Positions 1 through 21,800 of a DNA stretch of 64,000 bases are shown one piece after another (position 1 is the first letter of the stretch; every line of letters starts with the position of its first letter). Source of the stretch: Oculina patagonica (lineage: Eukaryota); NCBI RefSeq assembly GCF_052425735.1, contig NC_135765.1:1240001-1304000 (forward strand), read 5' to 3'. Below the pieces are notes generated by a model. That model saw only the letters and a program-made list of their open reading frames with translations, was not told the origin of the DNA and did no database searches. Position numbers and translations under genes: made by a program.

Positions 1-216
1 GTTTGGAGGATCAAGTCTCGAGGATCGAGGCTCGAGGGACTGTCAACTTACATTTGAGCGGTACTGTAAATGCACTGCCTAACAATATTACAGTTGTATA
101 ATACAGGCTGCACCGCAAGGTGAAATTTGATGTCAATCTCTATTCAGTCTTGGGAATTAACCAGTTGACAGGAATCAAAGTAATATAAGGACATTTCTTG
201 GTTTGTTTTCATGTAG

Positions 217-10859
<10,643 letters not shown>

Positions 10860-11166
10860 TACACAATCGTGTAGTTGGATCAATCAGAAGAGTTGGAATC
10901 AAACATCTGAAGACGCAGTGTGCCTTGATGAAGTGCTGTTTTCACTGATATGGAGCAGAAACATAAATTATTAGGGAATTTATAGCTGCCAAAACATAAG
11001 CATCAGTCATCATTTTGCCCATTTATTTTATCATTCTCTTATTGTAATAAGCACTCTAGCTTTTGCATTAGCTAATTTAAGTATTTTTGTCGCCTGTAAA
11101 TATTCTTTTGTTTTTTTAATTTCTAATACTACTTTACCTTGTGGGGTTCGTATATTTGCTTGGAAT

Positions 11167-11172
11167 AATAAA
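11167..11172 (+). terminator. Candidate polyadenylation signal of MCM7
   Basis: AATAAA about 310 nt after the stop, followed by GT-rich sequence; also present in the second copy near 17314. Confidence 0.5.
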
Positions 11173-11671
11173 ATCCACGTTGTTGTATTCAGTTATCACG
11201 AGTCTTGTCTAAACTAATTATTTTCAAGTATCAACTGCACATTACTATTTTACTGTTAAGTGGGTAGTATGCTGTGCAGTTTAACTCATGTTGGTATTTT
11301 GTCTTGCCCCAACGAAGCCGTAGGCCGAAGTGGTTAGAATCAGACGATAATTATTCCACAAAATTGAGCAGGATAATTGTTTTGTTACTCAACAAATTGC
11401 CAAAGAAACACATTTTTCAGCTAGAAAAACTGGTTATGCAGCACTTTGTAAGACTTCGGACAGATATTGGCAAACCTACGTATATTTAGTAAATAAACCC
11501 CTTCAGCACTTATGTCCAGGATTGAACGCAAGTATTTTTTAATAAGTACTTCATGTTTGACTGTGTTATTTGACTTTTTACTTCATATTTATATTCATAT
11601 TTGACAGAATTTGGTGTGTTGGCGAACTTTTATTAATGAGGACACTTTGTGATGGATGTCATAAGGAACGT

Positions 11672-12171
11672 NNNNNNNNNNNNNNNNNNNNNNNNNNNNN
11701 NNNNNNNNNNNNNNNNNNNNNNNNNNNNNNNNNNNNNNNNNNNNNNNNNNNNNNNNNNNNNNNNNNNNNNNNNNNNNNNNNNNNNNNNNNNNNNNNNNNN
11801 NNNNNNNNNNNNNNNNNNNNNNNNNNNNNNNNNNNNNNNNNNNNNNNNNNNNNNNNNNNNNNNNNNNNNNNNNNNNNNNNNNNNNNNNNNNNNNNNNNNN
11901 NNNNNNNNNNNNNNNNNNNNNNNNNNNNNNNNNNNNNNNNNNNNNNNNNNNNNNNNNNNNNNNNNNNNNNNNNNNNNNNNNNNNNNNNNNNNNNNNNNNN
12001 NNNNNNNNNNNNNNNNNNNNNNNNNNNNNNNNNNNNNNNNNNNNNNNNNNNNNNNNNNNNNNNNNNNNNNNNNNNNNNNNNNNNNNNNNNNNNNNNNNNN
12101 NNNNNNNNNNNNNNNNNNNNNNNNNNNNNNNNNNNNNNNNNNNNNNNNNNNNNNNNNNNNNNNNNNNNNNN
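11672..12171. other. Assembly gap (500 N)
   Basis: Round-number N run, so the true size is probably unknown. Confidence 0.99.
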
Positions 12172-12443
12172 GCGGTACTGTACTTAATAGCGAAGCCCGC
12201 GAGTGACCTCACGACTCAGACAAGACTCTGACAAACAAACCGATATGGCGGACGATTTTCCTTAAACACTTGCATAAAGAGCTGGTATTCCTAAAACACT
12301 TTCATAAAAGGAAAACTTCGCCTAGATTCCTTCTATTTCTCCTAGAACACGCTGACGTTTTTTGAACCTTGTGGGGGTTGTTCATTTGCATTCTATTTTA
12401 AGACCTTGTGCGCTTCCCTGTTCAACTGCAACTTTATGTACAG

Positions 12444-14336
12444 CCCAGGGGGGTACTCCGGCTTGTAAATGATGGGGATTATCGAATGGAGGCAAAACTC
12501 AGGACCCAAAAAATCCCTGTCTCTTCCGACATTACCCAAAAAAATCTGTGGACTAAAAATTACCCCCCAAAAAATCCCTTGTCAAATTCCTCCTAAAATG
12601 CCAGGAGGGGCAATAATATAACACAAAGAAAACCATAAAAAATTGAATGCTCGTGTTTGTTTATTCATCATACCATAAATACGCCAAGGCACTTTGGTTT
12701 GTTTTTAACACACAAATCCCCTTTTTAGTGCAGAATGCACTATTGTGATGGTTTGGTGGGTTGGCGTTTGCTAAACCCCTAAACCACTAAACCACTAAAT
12801 CACTAAATCACTAAACCGCTAACGCGGTGTAAACTTTTAATCACCAATTAATTAATTAATATCAATTAATTAATTATTTCTGTAAAGGAGGGAAGGGAAG
12901 GAGAGCACCTGACCGTGTGCCCTTGGTAAATCGGAGAGTACATTACGATACTTACAATTGAAGAACTCAAGGTATATATTTGTTTCAGAAAGCACTATGC
13001 TCTCCTTGTGGTACAATTCTTTCTGGAAAAAAATACTTTGTGCTAAACGCATGCGCAGATCAGTCTACATCACGAACATTGCGTTTTTCTTCTGCAGAAG
13101 GATTCGTGTAGACTCCGTGGCCCCAAGTTAAAACCACAAATTAATTGAATTAGACACTAAGGCGTCATAGCAGTTCATGTGAAATAATTCTTGATTTGGC
13201 AACGCTGTTTTCTTAGAAAAGGTGATCTAGCATCTCATAATTAATTGATAATATCTGTGTTGTAATCAATGTCGCCTTGTTTGCAGAAAATAAATCACGT
13301 TACCATATCATCATGTTACATCCGTTTTCGACAAAAACAAAAGTATCTCGTTTGCTTTTTCAATATCAAACTGAAATTCAAGCTATCGGAAATTAAAATA
13401 ACAGGGACGTGTTTAGAAATTTTGTATTAAAGCCTAACGTGGTGTGCTTTTCAATGCGGTTGAATGCCTGTAGAATCCGTGGCGTTAATTTAATTATACT
13501 TAAAAGGCATCACAGCGATCTGCGAGAAAAACAACAATATCATGTTACATCCGTCAGTTCCTTTCCTTTGATTTGTTCTCCATCAGTTGAACTAACCTCC
13601 GTTTTATTTTGTAAAACCTCTGCCACTTTAGTGTTTGAACATGCTTTCGTGACGGTTCCGACATTTCTTGAAAGAAATCTTCACACTATGTGCTTCTCGG
13701 CTTCATGCTTGAGTGAGCGTGTGACGTATTCACCAGACCGTGGCGAGAGCATGATCTGGTGCATGAAATGCTTTAGCGACAATTTCGGGGGAAAAAGCCG
13801 CAATTTTTAGCAACAATTTCGGGGGGAAAGTCGCAATTTCGACATTTTATGCTTTGTAATTGATAGTTTGTGCTCTGCTCGTGCACTGTTCTGAAAATTT
13901 GTAATTTTTTAGGTCTTTTTCTAAATGCTGAAGGGGACAATGCGATATTATTATTCTTGTAGAATCCGTGGCGTTAATTTAATTAGATTTAAACACATCA
14001 TAGCAGTCTAAGAGAAAAACAAAGGTATCATGTTACAAACCTTTGCACGAAAAGCACAAATATCACGTTTGCTGCTTCAATACTGTACTGAAAGGTGAAC
14101 TCATTTGACTTATTCTCAAGCGAAATTACCCTGGAAAATTATTATCATGCTGTCGATTGATTGACCATATTGCATTCTGTACTGTCCTTTGAGTCTCTGA
14201 GTTAAATCAAGTCACCCCAGAAAATACTTGCCAAATTTTCCAACCCAAAAAATCCCGGAATCGAAAATTTCAAACCCAAAAAAATCCTTCCATCATCCCC
14301 GTCATTTACAAGCCGGAGTACCCCCCCCCCCCTGGG
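12444..14336. mobile_element. TIR element with CCCAGGGGGGTACTCC ends and a nested insertion (about 12727-14183)
   Basis: TIRs plus an imperfect 8-bp TSD ATGTACAG/ATGTACGG; empty site near 8626 in copy 1; inner element bounded by imperfect inverted AGTGCAGAATGCA repeats. Confidence 0.8.
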
Positions 14337-14483
14337 ATGTACGGACATAACTCAAAATAAGCTTTCAGCAAACCTCAGAATAAGCCTAAAAGACAGCAAG
14401 AAGTACTCCAGTTTCATTAGTTTTCCTGAACCATTCTAGTGTTTTGAAAACAAGTTTTGTTTTTGGCTAATGATGTATGTACA

Positions 14484-14642
14484 TGTTGTGGTTCAATTTT
14501 ATATTTGGTTTAAAATTTTTCAAACCAGTTTGATTTTTATTTTTCATTGTCTTACGTTCATTATCATAATCTGAAACAAAGGGAAATGAAAATCAAACTG
14601 GTTTGAAAAAATTTAAACCATGGATAAAATTAAACCACATCA
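14484..14642. mobile_element. MITE, TGTTGTGGTT family, 4-bp TSD TACA
   Basis: Palindromic; empty site near 8770; same family as 63122-63280. Confidence 0.85.
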
Positions 14643-14939
14643 TACATACTTCACACCCCTCAATCCAGAGCCAATGCTCAAATCATTTGGATTTTGTTAC
14701 AATCATGGACACTAACAGAACTCAATCACAAATGGCTAAATTTAAAGTTATCACATCAGTTTGTAACCATAAGGATCTAATTGTTGTTACTTGCTCTGTA
14801 GCCTTCCAGAGATGGGAGACCACTGAAAACAAAAGAACCTGAAAAAACAAATGTCTCGGCTCAGTTTGTGCTTGTTCCAACGCCTTCTGAAAACTTTTGC
14901 ACAGTGTACTGAGCATATAACTCCTGTTTGTTTGTATAG

Positions 14940-17005
14940 GCTCGTCTTCGTTTGGCTGATGCGGTGGAGAAAGAAGATGTGAATGAAGCTATGAGACTAA
15001 TGGAAATGTCAAAGGCTTCTCTAGTCGATGATGAAAATGCAACAAGGTAAGAAATCCATGTGTAAAGAAACTTTGGATTGTGTGTGTGTGTGCTATGATA
15101 AGCAAACATTTGTTCAGTGTTATTGCTTGGAAGCATAGAGAGGTACAGTGACTTGAGAGTTAGCATACAGGACTCTAAATCCAGCGCTGTTCGAGGCCAT
15201 TGTGTTGTGGTCTTGGACAAGACACACTACTCTCGTTGTGCTTCTCTCCATTGAAAGGTACAAATGGTTCACTGGCAAAATCCCAAAAGTAATAATAAAA
15301 AAATTTAAATGATAAAGGGTAATACAGGCTGAGGGGGAGTAAAAATGATCCTTGTCGTTTGATGCTGTGTAAGCCGGGATATAAGCTTCAGTGTTATAGA
15401 GCACATTGGCAGAATGCAGACATAAGCCTTCTAGAGCTGCTGTATACTTCGAAATCTGTTCCAATCCCAGGGATCAAAGTGACCAGTTGGCTCGCTGGTG
15501 CTCAGGCACTTAGCTCTGGTGTATGTAGGATTAAGTAATGAAATGTATTGCTTCATCCCCTTGGTGGGATGCTGTTCTAATACACTACCCTGGCCCCAGC
15601 AATAAAAAGGCAGTTCCAACTTACACTTCTGGGTGGACTAACGCACTGTGAGAGTTGAGTGTTTTGCCCAGGAACATAGGGTCCAAAAGACAAACTGTCA
15701 GACCTCCCAATAACCCTAGAGCTCTAGGGAGGGGGTAGGAAAAGAGTTCAAATATTACCATAAACTTTACCTTACACCAATGTATTGTATTGCTTTGTTT
15801 TCTTTAGGACTGTAAATCCAGTTGATGCAATTTATGGTATTATCAAGGAAATGGCTGGAGAGGCTAGTAGTGTGAAGTAAGTCATTGAAAGTGTAACATT
15901 TAATAAGCAAAGCCCAAGCAGTTAAGCTAACGTTGATCACCAATCAATTCAACCGAATGCCAAATGATGTTTAATTTTGACCAATTTTGCTGTCATTCTG
16001 TGGATGGTCTATGGGCACTGCCAATCACAAAAATACAGATGATGAAATTGATCAATATTAGAACTTGAGACTGATGCCACGCATGGGAAACATGCATTAA
16101 AGTCGAGTCCAATATTGATTTTGTTAATGTTCTGTAGTTCTGATTGGTTGCACAATTGACAGGTTTGTTCTGATCGCCTAGAACAGGTTTTTGCATGAGT
16201 TTTATGAAGCACCTAGAGAGGTCTGAAAACACAAAACCAAACCAAGTAAACAATCACTGAAAATACGCTAAGAAACGTGAGAAGAGCTGGTACATGTAAA
16301 TGTTACTAGTAATCACCCCATATTCGATTTCAAGGCCCTAAGATATGGAATGCTATTGATTATGATATAAAGCACTTGCCAATTTCATCATTCAAAATTA
16401 AACTGAAACAGAGCTTTCTCCAAAGCTACTAGTCAATTCACTTTTCCTTTTTCTTCACATTAAGATAATATCACTGTTTTTGCAACGCCTTACCATTATT
16501 TTCTGATATTCTTCATTGTTCAGTTCATTTATATTTTTTATTTAAGGTAATAGATTATGCGTGCAATTTCAGCTTCTTTTCTTCTTTACTTTCTGGTATA
16601 TATTATATTCTATATTATATTTTGTATGTGTGGCCGTGTGTACGTGTGTGTGTCCGGCCAAAATTTGACTACTCAATTTGTAAACTGACAACCCGGCATT
16701 TTTAACCTAGTGGTTGTTTCGGGTTGCCAGAACCCCTTATCTCTAGCAATATATTTTTTATATAATAATTCTGTAATTTAATGATAAGGAAATAAAGAGG
16801 ATGTTGTTGCTGCCAAGACAGTAATTCCAGGTTCCTATTCTTACTTCTTCTTTTTTTTTTTTACTTCAGACTTCAAGAGGCACAGCAGCGCTGTTTGACA
16901 AAGGGCTTTACTCCAGATCAATTTGATGCATGTCTCGGCGAGTATGAAGACCTGAATGTGTGGCAGATTAACTCGAACAAGACAAAGATCACTTTTGTGC
17001 AGTGA
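14940..17005 (+). CDS. MCM7: Second copy of the last three MCM7 exons (partial duplicate or alternative haplotype)
   Basis: Exons 14940-15046, 15808-15876, 16870-17005 with intact splice sites and stop. Similarity to copy 1 extends from about 12185 (matching about 8385) to about 17690. Confidence 0.85.
16320..16812 (+). mobile_element. 3' fragment of a CR1/L2-like LINE
   Basis: Insertion absent from copy 1; begins with an RT-terminal-like [11 protein letters not shown] and ends AATAAA followed by a short GTT-type tail. Confidence 0.6.
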
Positions 17006-18104
17006 TATACAATCATGTACTAGTTGGATCAATCGGAAGAGTTGGAATCAAACATTTGAAGACACAGTGTACCTTGATAAAGTACTCTTCATTTACGTGT
17101 AGCAGAAACATACATTATTAGAGAATTTATAGCTGTGAAAACATAAGCATCAGTCATCATTTTGCCCATTTATTTTATATTCTCTTATTGTATTGAACAC
17201 TCCAGTTTAAGCATTAGCTAATTTAAGTATTTTTGTCGCCTGTAAATATTCTTTTGCTTTTTTTATTTCTAATACTACTTAACCTTTTAGGGGGTCGTAT
17301 ATTTGCTTGGAATAATAAAATCCACGTTGTGGTATTCAGTTATCACGAGTCTTGCCTTAGTTGAAATAATTATTTTCAAGTATGAACTGCACATTACTAT
17401 TGTGCTGTTAAGTGGGTAGTATGCTGTGCAGTTTAACTCATGTTGGTATTTTGTCTTGCCCTGTGGGCTTGTCAAAGAACAGTACACCGCATAAAACTAT
17501 CACCTGATTAACTTAGCCAATGAAGCTGTAGGCTAAAGTGGCTTAAATCAGACGATATTCCACAAGATTGAGCAGGATAATTGATTTGTTACTCAACAAA
17601 TTGCGAAAGAAACACATTTTACAGTTACAGCTTGAAAAAACTGGTTATGCAGCGCTTTGCAAGACTTCTGACAGATATTGACAAACCTACTTGTATCACA
17701 GAATGTACAGATGACGTATAACGATGACTTTCTGACCATATTGGGCATCGTAACAAATTGTTGAATAATAATGCTGATGTTTGTACTCCTGCCCCTAAAA
17801 TGTTTTTTAACTACAAGTTGCTTGCCCAGTCTATATAGCGAGATGAGTTCATTTCTTGTGTGCTTCTGAACCGAAACTTGATTAAAAAAAAAAACAAATG
17901 AGACCAATATTTTTACGCTGTGGACCAAACAAGCGGGTTCAAGAACCTCTCCCATACTGAACAACTAATTGTTGTCACTAAAGTTCACATGTATATCTCT
18001 TCTCCCTTTTGAAACCGTTCGTAGGAACTAAGCAAAAAGAAACTCGGGCATACTAAACAGTCCTACCATCTTAGAGATGAATGTTAAGTCCGTGCCAACG
18101 CTAT

Positions 18105-18870
18105 CATGCACGTCCCGAGTCGACCAATGATCCATATATCTGAAATCTAACCTCTAAACTTTGCTTTGGACTTCCACAAGTTGCACACTCAACCTTATCA
18201 CTGTCGTTTCTCACCATGCAGCTATCGCACTCCCAGCGTCCATCTGGTGAAGAAACAGAGATTGAATTTGACGCTTGATTAAACGAACCAAAAGCGAAAA
18301 GCGGTTGCCCGTCATATTCAGTTGTTCCAGCCGATCCAAATGTAAACCCTGAAGCAGTAGATGGTGTAGCCGATCCAAATGTAAACCCTAAAGCAGTAGA
18401 TGGTGTAGCCGATCCAAATGTAAACCCTAAAGCAGTAGATGGTGTAGCCGATCCAAATGTAAACCCTAAAGCAGTAGATGGTGTAGCCGATCCAAATGTA
18501 AACCCTAAAGCAGTAGATGGTGTAGTCGAGTCAAATGTAAACCCTAGTAGATGGCGTAGTCGATGTAAGTGAAGTCCCTGAACCAGAAGATGGTGTAGTC
18601 GATACCAGTGAAATCTCTTAACGAGTGGATGGTGTATCCGATCTTGATGAAAACAACGGTTTCGCCTTTTTCTTTTGGTCTTGACTGTGTTCTGCTTCTG
18701 GCGTTCGACTTACACAAGCAACACACTCAATCGTAACACTCTCGTTTCTCTCCATGCAAATGTCACACTCCCACGACCCTTTAGCAGCTTTAGTGTAACG
18801 TCTACTCTTCTCTGGCTTACAGTCATTCCCTTTAAAATATGCCACTATATCTCTTGGCTTGTCATCTTTT
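18105..18870 (-). pseudogene. Decayed former C-terminus of gene A (zinc finger, FG repeats, zinc finger)
   Basis: Past the stop, shifted frames encode GSWECDICMERN..CVAC, 39-bp [13 protein letters not shown] repeats and WECDSCMVRNDSDKVECATC, matching the C-terminus of gene B. Frameshift near 18868, in-frame TAA at 18618, further frameshift near 18545. Confidence 0.8.
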
Positions 18871-21800
18871 TCTTCGACAACCATGACATCCAGGACAAAC
18901 TTCATGTTTTGCATAATTGAAGAAATTAGAGGGGAGCCAAAGGCGGGAGGCTTTCTCACGATCGGCCATTGAGGAACGAACTTCATAAACAAGGAGACAG
19001 TCTTCATCTTGCCTTTTAATACCTTTTAGATGACTGTTGGGTGTCAAGAAACGTCCGCCAGTGCAATGAGTAGGAAGGTTAGCAGCACCAGCATTTTCTT
19101 TAGTGGAATGGATTGGAACAGGATTCGTTGAGGTTGTCAGCAAATTCCCCTGACTTGGTGAAAGCGAAAGTTGAGTTTGAGATGACTGTAAGGGTTCTAT
19201 TGGAAGGGAAGACAAGAAATTCGTAACATCGTCAAATATCTCCTTAAACTTTCCAGCAATTTCTGCTGACTTAAACCTGATGGCTAGCTTCTCTGGTCTC
19301 GCCTCATCCTCAGCATAGTCTGCTGGAGTGTACCACACCCAAGATCTGTCTGATCCAACATTGGGTTTAAGCTCCATTCCAGCATTAATGTTGTGATTGG
19401 CACACAACTTTTTGATGTGCTCCCTTCGCATGAGAACTCTTCCTTGGCCGGTTTTTGGATGACGCAAAAGCCTTACATCTCCAACACCTCTTTCTTTCCA
19501 TTCAGCTGAATCGGCAACAAAACGGTACAGCTTTGCTCGCTCAGAAAACAGCACCTCCAGATCTTCCTCGCCTGTGACAACTTGGATTGCATCTGGAAGA
19601 GGAATGATTGGTTTAAAATAAGGCTGTGCGTGACTAGGACTCTCGGGAGACAGAGGTAACGTAGGTGACAATGGCGATTTAGGTTTGGGAGGTGGCGACT
19701 TTGGCGAAACCTGCAGACTGAATGTAAACTTGGCTGGAGTACTTGTGCCAAATGGAAGATCGGTCAAAACACTCTCTTGGGAGTGAGGTGTTGATGGCTT
19801 CTGTGGAGTCGTCCCCTGCCTACTTGGAGAGGACATCTTACTTGGAGACAAGTAAATTTCATCATCTTGTTTATCATCACATGATTCTCCTCGTCCAATG
19901 GTAAAATATTGGAAAACTGAAGTGGCTGGAGATGAGTCCTTGTTGAAATCCTGAAAAGCGTTTTGTTCTACTGACTCAACGACAGGAGCAGTCGTAGTTG
20001 TCGATGCAACCTTTGTTGTTGTAGACAAAAGTTCAACAGATCCAGAAGCAGACTTGATGGAGCTGCACGAAATGCATTTCGAGTCCCCTGCGTTGTTTTC
20101 AACACAACACACTTCACAAGTCCATGCAGCGGGAGCTGCAGCAAATGTCGACATAAATTGTTTATAAAGTGCTCCTTGTTGATCTTTAGCTGGTTCCATT
20201 TCAGAACGAATTTCGGAAGACAAGGTCTCCTGAAGGTCCTCAAATACTTCCTTGAACTTCCCAGCAATTTCTGCCGACTTTAACTTGATGGCGAGCTTCT
20301 CTGGTCTTGCCTCACCCTCAGCATAGTCAGCTGGAGTGTACCACACCCAAGATCTATCTGATCCAACATTGGGTTTAAGCTCCATTCCAACATTAATGTT
20401 GTGATTGGCACACAATTTTTTTATGTGCTCCCTTCTCATGAGAACTCTTCCTTGGCCTGATTTTGGATGACGCAAAAGCTTAACATCTCCAACACCTCTT
20501 TCCTTCCACTGACCCGAGTCTGCATCAAAACGGTACAGCTTAGCTCGCTCAGAAAACAACACCTCCAGTCCTTCTTCTCCTGTGACAACTTGGATTTCAT
20601 CTGGAAGAGGAATGATTGGCTCAAAATAAGGCTCTGCGTGACTAGGAATCTCAGGAGACAACGGTGACGTAGGTGGTGACGACGATTTAGGTTTGCGAGG
20701 TGGAGACTTTGGGGAAACCTGCAGACTGAATGTAAACTTGGCTGGAGTACTTGTGCCAAATGGACGATTGGTCAGAAGACACTCCTGGGAGTGAAGTGTT
20801 GATGGCTTCTGTGGAGTCGTCCCCTGCCTGCTTGGAGAAGAGGTCTTACTTGGAGACAAGTAAATTTCATCATCTTGTTTATCATCACATGATTCTCCTC
20901 GTCCAATGGTAAATAGTTGTGAGCTGCCAAATCTTTTTACTTTGGGTGATTGGAAAATTGAAGTGGCTGGAATTGAGTCCTTCTTGAAATTTTGAAAAGC
21001 GTTTGGTTCTACTGATTCAACGACAGAAGCATTTGTAGTTGTCGGTTTAACCTCTGCTGTTTTAGACAAAGGTTCAACAGATCCAGCAGCAGACTTGATG
21101 GAGCTACACGCAATGCATTTCGAGTCCGCTGCGTTGTTTTCAACATAACACACTTCACAAGTCCATGCATCGGGAGCTGCAGCAAATGTCGACAAAAACT
21201 GTTTATAAAGTGTACACCCAGCTTCTTGTTGATCTTTAGCTGGTTCCGTTTCAGGACGATTTTCTGAAGACAAGGTCTCCTGAAGGTCCTCAAATACGTC
21301 CTTGAACTTCCCAGCAATTTCTGCCGACTTTAACTTGATGGCGAGCTTCTCTGGTCTTGCCTCACCCTCAGCATAGTCAGCTGGAGTGTACCACACCCAA
21401 GATCTATCTGATCCAACATTGGGTTTAAGCTCCATTCCAGCATTAATGTTGTGATTGGCACACAACTTTTTGATGTGCTCCCTTCGCATGACAACTCTTC
21501 CTTGGCCTGATTTTGGATGACGCAAAAGCTTTATATCTCCAAGACCTCTTTCCTTCCACTGACCCGAGTCTGCATCAAAACGGAACAGCTTGGCTCGCTC
21601 AGAAAACAGCACCTCCAGACCTTCTTCACCTGTGATAACTTGGATTTTATCTGGAAGAGGAATAATTTGCTCAAAATGAAGCTTTTCATCACCTTGGCCT
21701 TCGACGTCTTCACCAAGTGCATCAAAAAGTTGCGTACGAGCTCCTTGAAATGGTTCATGGCTGTCCTTCTTCAGAGTCTGAGAAAATGCATTGCCTTCTT

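Noticed and set aside
11570-12212. ORFs crossing the N run
   Set aside because: Artefacts of the assembly gap.
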